A stretch of 64,000 bases of DNA from contig NC_057746.1 of NCBI RefSeq assembly GCF_004010195.1, forward strand, positions 9,171,412-9,235,411, given 5' to 3'. Each line of letters starts with the position of its first letter. Position 1 is the stretch's first letter. A model generated the notes under the pieces. The model saw nothing but the letters and a program-made list of their open reading frames with translations. It was not told the origin of the DNA and did no database searches. The position numbers and the translations under genes are program-made. Shown here piece by piece: positions 13,030 to 24,265 of the stretch. This stretch comes from Chiloscyllium plagiosum (Eukaryota).

Positions 13030-13775
13030 ACTGCCATCTACCCAGTTTGTAATCCATCTGTACTTATTGGAGAGCAGCAATGTGTCTAACTATACTCTGG
13101 ACCTAGTCTGTAATACATCTGTCCGCTGTACACAGAGTCATACGGTATGGAAACAGACTCTGCAGTCCAACCAATCCATGCCAACCATAATCCCAAACTA
13201 GACTAGTCCCACTTACCCACTCCTGCCCCATATCCCTTCAAACCTTTCCTATTCATGTACTTATCCAAATGTCTTTTAAATGTTGTAACTGTAGCCACAT
13301 CCACCACTTCAGGAGGTTCATTCCACCCATGAAACACCTTTTGTGTAAAACAATTGTCCCTCGTGTCTTTTTTTTTAAACCTCCTTCCTCTCCCCTTAAA
13401 AATGTACCCCCTATCGAGGGAAAAGACAACTACCATTAACTCTGTCTATACCCTGTATTATTTTATAAACTTCTACATGGTCACCTCTCAACTTCCTACA
13501 CTCCAGCCCTGCTTATCCAGCCTTTCTTTATAACTCAAACCTTCATATTGGAATGTGGTAATCTGTCTAACTATGCACTGTACCCAGCCTGTAATACATC
13601 TGACCACTGTACATATCAGAGTGGCAATATATCTAACAATGCACTGCACCGCACCCAGTCTGTAATATAGCTGTCCACAGTACATATTGAAGTGTATGAT
13701 ATATCTAACTACAAATTGTAACCAGTCTGTTATACATCTAACCACTGTACAGATTGGAGTGTGGTCACACATTAA
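13030..13775. repeat. Degenerate ~65-bp tandem repeat interrupted by a minus-strand CR1 3' fragment (13135-13548)
   Basis: recurring TCTAACTAT..CTGTA..CAGTCTGTAATACATCTG.CCACTGTACA units. Confidence 0.65.
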
Positions 13776-13838
13776 ACTATATTTTCCTAACCATTTTGGT
13801 GTAGATTACTTAACGTGATGTATTTGCTGTTTTTGCAG

Positions 13839-14380
13839 CCCCAGCCTCACTGACCCTGGACCCAAACACAGCGCACCGTAATCTCATCCTGTCTGAGGAC
13901 CTGACCAGTGTGAGACACAGTGACAGGGAATTACAGCTTCCTGACAACCCGGAGAGATTTGACAGGGCCCCATGTGTTCTGGGGTCACAGGGATTCACAT
14001 CAGGGGAACACTACTGGGAGGTGGAGGTGGGGAAGAAGGCTGAGTGGGACGTGGGTGTGACTAAAGAGTCTGCAAATAGGAAGGGAAAGATAACACTGGG
14101 ACCTAGGAGTGGGTACTGGGCAGTATGGCTAATAAATGGGGATGAATATGAAGCCACTGAAAGCTCACTAGTCACCCTGACTCCAAGTGTGAAACCCAGG
14201 AGCATTGGAGTTTACCTGGACTATGAGGGCGGACTGGTGACCTTTTACAACGCTGATGACATGTCCGTTCTCTACACCTTCACTGACACATTCACCGAGA
14301 AACTCTTCCCTTATTTCTGTCCAGGATTCTTCGAAGAGGGTAAAAATGATGCTCCTCTTCAACTGTGTCATTTCAAATAA
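13839..14380 (+). CDS. TRIM gene A, last coding exon (PRY/SPRY, B30.2)
   Basis: ttgcag|CCCCAGCC; [52 protein letters not shown] motifs; TAA stop at 14378-14380. Confidence 0.96.
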
Positions 14381-17203
14381 TAGATTCCTAAACTGGTGGC
14401 TCTGAGTAATTTTCCCTCATTGCTCTCCCCACACACAATGAGAGAGAAAGGATTGGCGGATGGAGGGGAGGACATAAAATGAAATGTGACCTCAGCCCTC
14501 AGTGTATGTCAGACATATGTCTGGTGGTGATTTATGGGTTTATCTGTGTTTCTACCTTGTGGTACCTTAAAAACCTGATTGAAACTCAGTGTAGTCTGCC
14601 AGGGTGTTAGGTGGGAAAACCAGGAGTCAGGTGGGAACAGTTGGATCAGGCGGGAAGTGTTTTGCCTGTTCTGCTTTTCCTGCCAGGAGGTTCAGGAACT
14701 TAACCCAAGGAATCAGCCTGCATCTTCAGAAAGGGGAATGATTTTGGGAATCCGAATCTTTCTTTTGTGGTGTTTGAACAATTGTAAGTCATGCATCACT
14801 TGTGGGTGTTGTTCAGTTCTGATGTAATATTTTCCTAATATACAATACATTTTTTGACACATGTATGAAGACCCAGTTTGTTGTTGAAATTTATTTGCAA
14901 AAGGAACTTTCATGTTAAAACCTAACTGCTAAGTGGCTTTCCTATAGTTTTAGTTTTGGATGCCCCATCAATCAAATCACCCGTAATTATAAGAACAATT
15001 ATCAAACGATGTGCACCAGAGGCAGTACAACAATAACAAAAGGGGAGGGAAAGAGGGAGGGAAATGAATTAAGAAAGGCTTGGAGGGGGAGCATTGCACT
15101 CCAACCCCTGCAGTGCTCACCTCTGTCCAAATACCTTAAGGCTGCTGGGAGACACTGCCTTCTTCCTCTCTGCAATGACCTGGGCATGAACATAGCCCCA
15201 GAAGAGGGGCAAGGCAGCTGGGCATCACTAGCTCCCCCCTCCCAGCCTGACATCTGGATCTATGGGGTGGCTATGTTCTTGGATTTTTAATAATTGGATT
15301 GAAATCAGCAGAAACCCGTGAGCGAGCTCAGGCCACTTTTGCTGTGTCGAACCCCCATGTAAGTCACTTTAAAAAGTTCAAGTGATGCGTAAGGATCATG
15401 CTTGGTTTGTGCCAAAACATTAACTTGCCTTCTCCTTCAGCGCCAGCTAACACGATGTGCTTTTGATATAGCAGGCGCTGTATTTGAAGGTAAATTAAGA
15501 ATGGCAATAACCTATTTATGGCGTCTTCATTGTGGATGGTCTTTAACAACAGCCTAATATTTCTAATCCTCCAACTCCAACCCCATTGCTCACTGCGGTG
15601 AAAGTGCCTGCATTTGGCACTTTTTATTGATAGTCAGACTAAGGTTGGCAATCCATCATATAAAGTCGTAGAGTCATACAGATATACAGCACAGAATCAG
15701 ACCCTTCGGTCCAATTTGTCCATGCCGACCAGATATCCCAACCCAATCTAGTCCCATTTGCCAGCACCCGGCCCACATCCCGAAAAGGGGAAGCCTCTAT
15801 CCTGCCACGAAAAAAGAATAAAAGTCACTTCACGCTGACTCTGCTCTCAATGAGATGAACATGGGAAGTGTCTGCCTCTGAAAGGAGGGTTTTCCAGTTA
15901 ATCGCCTCTCGGACGTCAGTCTGCATCTTTAACACATTTCTGAAGGATTGACTAAGAGACCCGATAGCTTGCTCTTCCATTATTTTTGAGATTTGTTCAT
16001 TTAGTTCATCAAACGGGTGACTTGGTGGCGTTACAAAACCAAAGCAGCGCACAATATTGATTGGTCCCGTGTAGATGTTCAAATTAATCACCAGAACTTT
16101 AAAATTCAGTGGCTCGCTCACGGCCCAGTTCTGTTCTCAATAACAACGTTTGGGGAGACTATGTCTTGGGGAGAGAGGGTCTCCCGGGTTGAATCACTGA
16201 ACAAGCTGCCAAGATCAATGGAGAGGCTATCTTCCACCCACAGCACCATGCTTATTCCTGAAGCAGACTTTTACAATGTCTCCTCTCAGCTCCCACAGAA
16301 ATGAGCTGGGAGTGGGTGAAATGAAGCCTGAAAGTTCAAACAAACCCCTTGCTGAAAATTGGTCAAAAAATGGAGATTTGGAGGAATGTGGGAACTCTTG
16401 AGACATGTAAGGTTGTAGGGCATGTCTGATAACGTGTTGCAAACCAGTTGACAGGTAACCATAGAAAGTCCAATGCATTCCCGTATTCCCCCCCCCCCCG
16501 CCCTCACAAAATCTAATGCTCCATCTATACCACTGCTATGACCTCACACCACTCCCACCAGCCCCTCCATTGCTCTTCCATAACCACTATTGTGGTGATA
16601 TGGTGCTGGAAAAGCACAGCCCCGGTCAGGCCGCAACTGAGGAGCAGGAGAGTTGAGATTTCGAGCATAAACTCTTCAATTATCCAGCTCTTCAACTCTC
16701 CTGCTCCTCGGATGTTGCCTGACTGGCTGTGTTTTTCCAGCACCATACCTTAGGACTCTGATCTCCGGCATTTGCAGTCCTCACTTTCTCCTACTCTTCT
16801 GGTGATCACTCTTTGTTAGATTAACGTCCTGTGGCTCGGGTGACTGACCTTCAGCAACTACAACCATCTTCCCTTTGTGATAGGTATGACTTCCAACAGT
16901 TTTCCCGATTCCACTTGATTTATATGTGGCCAGAGTTCTTTGATCCGCAGGTCAGGAAAATACTGCCTTGATGCCACGCACAGTCAAAATTTGCACAGTG
17001 ACTGACCCTGTGATATTGGTACTCAGAAATTTTAAGTCCTCTTTGTGACCGAGGTTTGTCTGTGTCTGTAACCAGAGGTCGATAAGCCAAATTAATGACT
17101 TGTGGACATCTCTGTCTAATGTCTTTGAGCTGTATGATTGACAAGCAAGGAAACCAAAGCTGATCAATGATGTTGCTCGGTGCCACTGTCCCTTTTGAGA
17201 GCA

Positions 17204-17252
17204 CCAATCGAGAAGTGAAACTGCAGGAGTGAAACCAAAAGTTAAAGTGAGT
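17204..17252 (+). promoter_or_regulatory. CCAAT box plus clustered IRF-E/ISRE-like motifs upstream of the TRIM-B ATG
   Basis: CCAAT (17204), AGAAGTGAAACT, GAGTGAAACC, GAAACCAAAAGT and AAAGTGA within 60 bp of the start codon; similar to AANNGAAA/GAAANNGAAA. Confidence 0.5.
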
Positions 17253-17260
17253 TACAAGCA

Positions 17261-17683
17261 ATGGAGATGGCCGCCTGTCAAGCGAGCTTATCCCTGGCCG
17301 AGGATCTGACCTGCTCCATCTGCCTGTCCCTGTTTTTGGAGCCGGTTCGGCTGCACTGTGATCACAATTTCTGCAGATCCTGTATCCAGAGGTGCTGGGC
17401 AAACCAGGGGGAGGGGGCGTCCTGCCCGGAGTGTCGCGCTGTTTGCCCCAGCAGAGGCTACACCAGCAACAGGGTGTTGGCCAATCTCTGTGAGAAAGCC
17501 CGGCAGCTGGAGCTGAACCCGGGGCTGCAGCAGGAAGGGGGTTCCCGCTGTCTGGAACACGATGAGAAGCTGAAGCTGTTCTGTCAGGACGACCAGGCTC
17601 TGATCTGTGTCATTTGTCGAGATTCACCGGCACACTCAGGCCACAGCTTCCTGCCTGTCGCTGATGCAGTGAGAAAGTACAAG
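17261..17683 (+). CDS. TRIM gene B, coding exon 1 (RING + B-box2); TRIM39/TRIM35/A33-like E3 ligase
   Basis: C3HC4 RING CSIC...CDHNFCRSC...CPEC; B-box CLEHDEKLKLFCQDDQALICVICRDSPAHSGH; donor AAG|gtaaga; 423 bp. Confidence 0.96.
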
Positions 17684-19289
17684 GTAAGAGGCGAGAGAGA
17701 GAGAGAGCGCGCCTTCAGCTTGTGACTGGGATTGCAGGAGTGAAGGGCTGCAGTCACTTGTTGCCTGAAGACTCAGGATCCCCGGATCTCTGTTTGCAAT
17801 CAGACCGCTGGATTTTTCTCTCTCTCTCTCTCTCCAACCCGGCATTGGGGGTTCCTTGCTGTTTAGCTGAGAGCCCGTTCAAAGCAGTGCCCAGAATCTG
17901 ATTGCTCAGTGTGAGGGACACGGTCAGATCCTGTGTGGTTTGTGGGTGTCTGACTCTGGGCTGGGTCATTTTGATTAATGTCCTTTGTTTACCTTTGATC
18001 ACCATTTTTTCTACGGTGCAGCAAGAGGCCCTTCGGTCGCTTTCTTCTGGCTCCCCCCCCCCCTCCCAAAAAACCCCTTGGTTATTGTGAATAAACATCC
18101 AGTGGCCCAATTCAATTACCCCTCCAACACTGGCTACTTTATGACTCCCCTCCCATGTCCTTCTACCTTCAGTGAATGATTCTTCAGCACAGGATTGCCA
18201 AAAAGCTCTCTAAAAGTTCAGGGTCACCAAACTGGTTGGAAATATTGGAGGACTGAAAATCTGTTTCATTGGAATATTTACGTTAAATCCTGCGATGATA
18301 TGGACAACACGGCTTCATTGCCTTGTCTTTTCCCATAATCTGACATTTCATTCCCCCTCAGACAATGATCTGCAAACCTTTTTAGGTTTGTTCACAGGAA
18401 GTGGGCATCGCTCGCTAGGCCAGCATTCATTGCCCATCCCTAATTGCCCAGAGGGCAGTTGAGAGTTCAACCACATTGCTGAGATTCTGGAGTCACATGT
18501 AGGTCAGACCTGGTGAGGATGGCAGATTTCCTTCCCCCGAGGATATTAGTAAACCAGATGGGTTTATCTTCCACCAATCAACAATGGTCTTCAGTCGATT
18601 CTAAATTCCAGTTTATTTTATTGAATACAAATTCCACATCTACTGGGGTAGGATTCAGAACCTGGGTCCCCGAGAACAGAATTTCTCAATCAATAGGAGA
18701 AAGTGAGGAGTGCAGATGCTGAAGATCAGAGTCAAAATGTGTGGCGCTGGAAAAGCACAGCAGGTCAGGCAGCATCCGAGGAGCAGGAGAGTCCAGACTC
18801 ACAGCAACGAGCTTGACTCTGAACCACCCTCTGGGCACTGGAAGGTTGGCAGTAAATGCTGGCTTGGCCAGCGTTGCTCCCACGCCACACTCTGTGAATG
18901 AATAATGAAAACTGAAAGGTGTTTTCATGTACCCTCAAGTCCCTCCTGGAGAATCATGGCTGAATATGATATTTCTCCTTGTTTTTCTGACCAAAATGCT
19001 TTGCTTTACTCTTCTCAACATTAAATTCCTTCTGCCCTTGCCCACGGTTTCCATTTTGTCTTCATCCTCCTGAAATTTCTGAGCACAACCCCTGACAATT
19101 CACGATAACACCAAAGTTGTGAAATGGTTGCCTGTATGTCTAATGTTTTAATACAGCTTAAGATAAACAGTGATCCTCATGCTGAACCCGAGGGAAATGC
19201 ACCGTAAACTGTACCAGGTCAAAAGCAGCCACTCACCACAATGTTCTTGCACACCTCGTGCGTTGAAATGCAGAATACCTGGAGATCGG

Positions 19290-19825
19290 CGTTACTACAA
19301 CTGTTTATATTACCAATACAACATCATATTCTTACCAAGACTCTTAACAATTTTTATAGATGAGCCGTGGAAAGCATTCTATCCGTATGCATCACAGCTT
19401 GGTATGACAACTGCTCTGTCCAGGGCCTTAAGAATCAACAAGAGAGTTGTGAACACCGCTCAGTCTATCACTTTCCACCATTGACTCTGTCTGTACTTCT
19501 TGATGCCTTGGGAAGGCAGCCAACATCATCAAATGCCCCTCCCACCCCAGTTGTAAGCTCTTCCAACCTCTTCCACTGGGCAGAAGATACAAACGCTTAA
19601 ACACATGTACCAACAGATTCAAGAGCAGCTTCTTCCCCACTGATATTAGATTTCCAAATGGACCTCTCAAATTTTAAGTTTAAATGCTGATCTCGCTGTT
19701 TACGCTCCTTCTCTGCAGCCGTAACATTGTATTTGTCACTCTGTTCTATCATGGGATGATCTGCCTGAAAACAAGTCTTTTCACTGTACCTGGATACATA
19801 TGACAATAATAAATCAAATCAAATT
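19290..19825 (+). mobile_element. Rex/Babar-type LINE 3' fragment
   Basis: ESILSVCITAWYDNCS..RVVNTAQSIT, resembling the Rex1-type RT C-terminus; short (AAATC)n tail. Confidence 0.7.
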
Positions 19826-20262
19826 ATATTCCCCTGTGGGGCCATATGTGCCTCCAACTCACCTTAGTTACAACATTCCATACATACACAAGAAACTGAA
19901 TTTTGGCCTGACGGCATTTCCTCTTACTCTGCATATGTTACTAACTCTTTTCAAATTGCTCTCTGTCTCTCTTCCTATTCTTTTTGCCTCTTGTTTTTCC
20001 TCCTTTAAAGGTATGCTTGATTTGCAAGCCTGTGCTAAGTTAGTTCAAATCCTCCCAACAGCACAAGAAAATTGTCATACAAAAATATTTAACCCAGTTC
20101 AAAGCCCTACTGGCCTGTGCAGTTCCCAGCATCCCCAAACTGATTAGAGTACAAGTCCAAAACCTTCCAGCTTCTCTCCAGCTATTTATTACGCTGCGAT
20201 TTCAATATTCATGAGTATTACTAATGGCAGCAAACCGCGATTGCAATGTTTAAAGAGACTTT

Positions 20263-21490
20263 GTATTCACAGATGGGACATGGGCATTGCTGGCTGGCCA
20301 GCATTTATGACCCATCCTTGATTGCCGCTTAAGGTGGTGGAGAACTGAATTCTTGAAACACTGCATCCCACGTGCTGTCGGTAGACCCACAACGGCATTA
20401 AGGAGGGAATTCCATGATTTTGATCCAATGATTGAGGAGAAACAGTGATATATTTCCAAGTCAGGCTGGGGAGTGACTTGGAGGGAAACTTGCAGCTGGT
20501 GGTATTTCCATGTATCTGCAACTTTCCAGATGGGAGTGGCTGTGGGTTTGGAAGGTATTGTCTGAGGATCATTACTGAATTTCTGCATCTTGTAGATAGT
20601 GTGCACTGCTGCTACTGAGCATCAGTGGTAGAGAGAGTGGATGTTTGTGGATGTGGTGCTAATCAAATGGACTGCTTTGTCCTGGATGGTGTCAAGCTTC
20701 TTGAGTGTTGTTGGAGCTGCACCCATCCAGGCAAGTGGGGAGGATCCCATCACACTCCTGCCTTGTGCCTTGTAAATGATGGACAGGCTTTGGAGAGTCA
20801 GGAGGTGAGTTATTCGCTGCCAGTATTCCTAACCTCTGACCTGCTCTTGTAGCTATTCTATGGTGTATTTGAACATGACTGCTTCAGCATCTGAGGAGTC
20901 ATGAATGGTGCTCAACATTGTGCAAGCATTGACGATCATCCCCACTTCTGACCTTATGATAGATGGGAGGTCATTGGTGAAGCAGCTAAAGATGGTTGGG
21001 TCTTGGACACTGTACCGAGAGACTCCTGTAGAGATGCTGTGGTACTGACATGGCTGACCTCCAACAACCATGACCATTTTCCTATGTGCCAGGTATGACT
21101 CCAATCAGCAGAGAGTTTGACCCCCTGACTCCCACTGATTCCAGTTTTGCAAGGGCTTCGTGATGCTACACTTGGTCGATGTGGCCTTGATACCAAGGGC
21201 TGTCCCTCTCACCTCACCTCTGGAATTGAGCTCTTTTGTCCATGTTTGAATCTAGTCTGTAATGAGGCAGGAGCTGAGTGGCCCTGGCAGAGCCCAAACT
21301 TCTCACTGAGCAGGTTATTGCTGAGCATGAGAGCACTGTTGATGACACCTTCCATCACTTCACCAATGATCGAGAGTACATTGATAGAGTAATTGGTTGC
21401 ATTGGATTTGTCCTGCCTTTTGTGTACAGGACATATCTGGGCAAATTTTCCACATTGTTGGGAAGATGTCAGTATTGTAAGTTGCTGGTT
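20263..21490 (-). mobile_element. Degenerate CR1/L2-group LINE
   Basis: RT remnant SYLAHRKMVMVVGGQ...PTIFSCFTNDLPSIIRSEVGM; 3' UTR shared with 27690-27870, 28055-28555 and 55855-56030. Confidence 0.75.
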
Positions 21491-22407
21491 TCTCACCTGG
21501 TTGCCTAACACCTGTATGAAGGACCACATTCCTCTCTCAGTGATGTAGTGGCAATTAAGATAGATCACAACTGCTGTTCATTCCCTTTCTCAGCCTTTGA
21601 GTGTTCTGCCGCTGCTCAGTGATATCCTTTACCTTGGCACCAGTGAGGCAGCACTCCTGCCTGTTCCCCCTAATGATTGAGTTACCCTGTCTCTGTTGTT
21701 TCTCCAGTCTTCTGCCTGTCAACTCCCTCAGCCTCACCTATGCAGGCTCTGACAGCCCAACCCAAAAGAATCATCACTCTCACAAGTATTTCAGCTGCTT
21801 TGCCAGTCGGAATGAACTACACCCTTTACTATCTGCCTCCCCCCCCCTCTTTGCTTGCCCATTCTCACCCTTGCTGCTCACCCTTAAGTTGGCAGAGTGG
21901 CCTCATCCAGAAGCATGCCGCCTTTCAGTCTTGACAAGAGCATGTGGGTTCAAATCCCACCAGGGCAGCTGCTAAATACCAATCTGAAATTCAAAGCTGG
22001 CCTGTGCAGTTCCCAGCATCCCCAAACTGAATATAGTACAAATCCAAAGCCTTCCAGCTTCTCTCCAGCAATACATTACTCTGTGATTTCAATATTCAGG
22101 AATATTATTAATGGCAACAAACCGTGATTGCAATGTTTGAAGAGACTTTTTAAAGTTGTTTTAATGAAACAACTGTGCATCTGATTCACTGATGACCTTT
22201 ACGGAAGAAAGTCTGCTGTTTTTACGTGGTCTGTGATTCTATATCCACAGTAACATGGGTGTCTCTTCAAAGCGCTGTGTGATTATGGCCGAAGAGACCA
22301 CTCAGCTGTTTTCCATGCTCCAATCAAAAGAGAGACCAACTCGCATCAACCAAGTCATCGGGAATGATAATTACAAACCTAACCCCTTGTAAAGTCTTCC
22401 TTGCTAT

Positions 22408-23505
22408 TGGTGATGTACTGGACAGCGAAGAAGGTTACCTCCGAGTACAATGGGATCTTGACCAGACGGGCCAATGGGCTGAGGAGTGGCAGATGGAGAT
22501 TTATTTAGATAAATGTGAGGTGCTGCATTTTGGGAAAGCAAATCTTAGCAGGACTTATACACTTAATGGTAAGGTCCAAGGGAGTGTTGCTGGACAAAGA
22601 GACCTTGGAGTATAGGTTCATAGCTCCTTGAAAGTAGACAGGATAGTGAAGAAGGTGTTTGGTATGCTTTTCTTTATTGGTTAGTGTATTGAGTACAGGA
22701 ATTGGGAGGTCATGTTGCAGCTGTACAGGACATTGGTTAGGCCACTGTTGGAATATTGCGTGCAATTCTGGTCTCCTTCCTATCTGAAGGATGTTGTGAA
22801 ACTTGAAAGAGTTCAGCAAAGATTTACAAGGATATTGCCAGGGTTGGAGGATTTGAGCTACAGGGAGAGGCTGAATAGGCTGGGGCTATTTTCCCTGGAG
22901 CGTTGGAGGCTGGGGGGTGACCTTATAAAAGTTTATAAAATCATGATGGGGATAGATAGGGTAAATAGACAAAGTCTTTTCCCTGGGGTGGGGGAAGTTC
23001 AGACTAGAGGGCATAGGTTTAGGGTGAGAGGGGAAAGATATAAAAGTGAACTAAGGGGCAACTTGTTCACGCAGAGGGTGGTACGTGTATGGAATGAGCT
23101 GCCAAAGGAAGTGATGGACACTGGTACAATTGCAGCATTTAAAAGGCATCTGGATGAGTACATCAGTAAGAAGGGTTTAGAGGGATATGGGTCAAGAGTG
23201 TGGTGCTGGAAAAGCACAGCAGGTCAGGCAGCATCCAACGAGCAGGAGAATTGCTATTTTGGTGTGAGGGGCTCTTGCCTGAAACATCGATTTTCCTGCT
23301 CTTCAGGTGCTGCCTGACCTGCTGTGCTTTTCCAGCACCACACTCTCGACTCTGATCTCTAGCATCTACAGTCCTTGTTTTATCCTTCGAGGGATATGGG
23401 CCAAGTGCTGGCAAATGGGACGAGGTTCAGGTTACGATATCTGGTCAGCATGGACGAGTTGGACCGAAGGGTCTGTTTCTGTGCTGTACATCTCCATGAC
23501 TCTGA
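22408..23505 (+). mobile_element. CR1 LINE 3' portion
   Basis: ORF 22712-23317 LYRTLVRPLLEYCVQFWSP...TRGHRFRVRG; interrupted at about 23197-23388. Confidence 0.92.
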
Positions 23506-24265
23506 AACAGCTGGGGGTGTGCCAACTTTTGGAGAGCTGCCCCACAGACTAGTCAAGCAATGGCCTGACATAGTAATACCAATGGATCGTACCTATCAGG
23601 CAATGTTCCGATGCTACCATCATCAGCCTTAAGTAATTCCTGTAGCAATGACAGGACAGACCCAGCAGAGGTGGAGACACAGTCGTACACAGTCAGCAGG
23701 GAGTTGCCCTGGGAGTCCTCCCTATGTCTACTTTGTCAATCTCCTTTAGCATCTTATTGAGAACATAGAACAGTACAGCACAAGGAAATGTCCTTCAGCC
23801 CACAGTGTTGTGCTGAACATGACACCAAATCAATCTAATCCCTTCAGCCTGCCCTTGGTCCATATCTCCCCATTCCTTGCATATTCATGTGCTTATCTAA
23901 ACATTTCTTAAATACCCCTGTCGTATCTGCCTCCATCACTGCCCCTCATTAACCTCAATTAGATCTCCTCTCATTCTTCTAAAGTCCAGAGAGTCGGCCT
24001 GGACGGATATGTGGTAAGTAACGTCTAGGCCACAGTAGTTCCAGGCAGTGACTATGTCGCAACAGAGAAGGTAACCATCTCCCTTTGATGCTCAATGGCA
24101 TTACAACACTACAAACATCCGAGCGATTGGAGTAAACATAAAAATATTGTGGCTACAACAGCAGGTCAGGGGATAGGAATACCACAGCAAGCAACTCATC
24201 TCGTGTCTTCCCATTGTATGTGCACCATCTACAAGTACCAAGGCAAAAGGGTGATGGAATACTGG

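Noticed and set aside
15825-16121. 98-aa minus-strand ORF with heptad-like character (possible L1 ORF1 remnant)
   Set aside because: No diagnostic motif or adjacent ORF2 recognised; cannot be supported without a profile search
16297-16407. Possible 5' UTR exon of TRIM-B (cacag|...|gtaagg)
   Set aside because: Splice-like dinucleotides only, with no matching evidence; promoter-like motifs sit directly at the ATG
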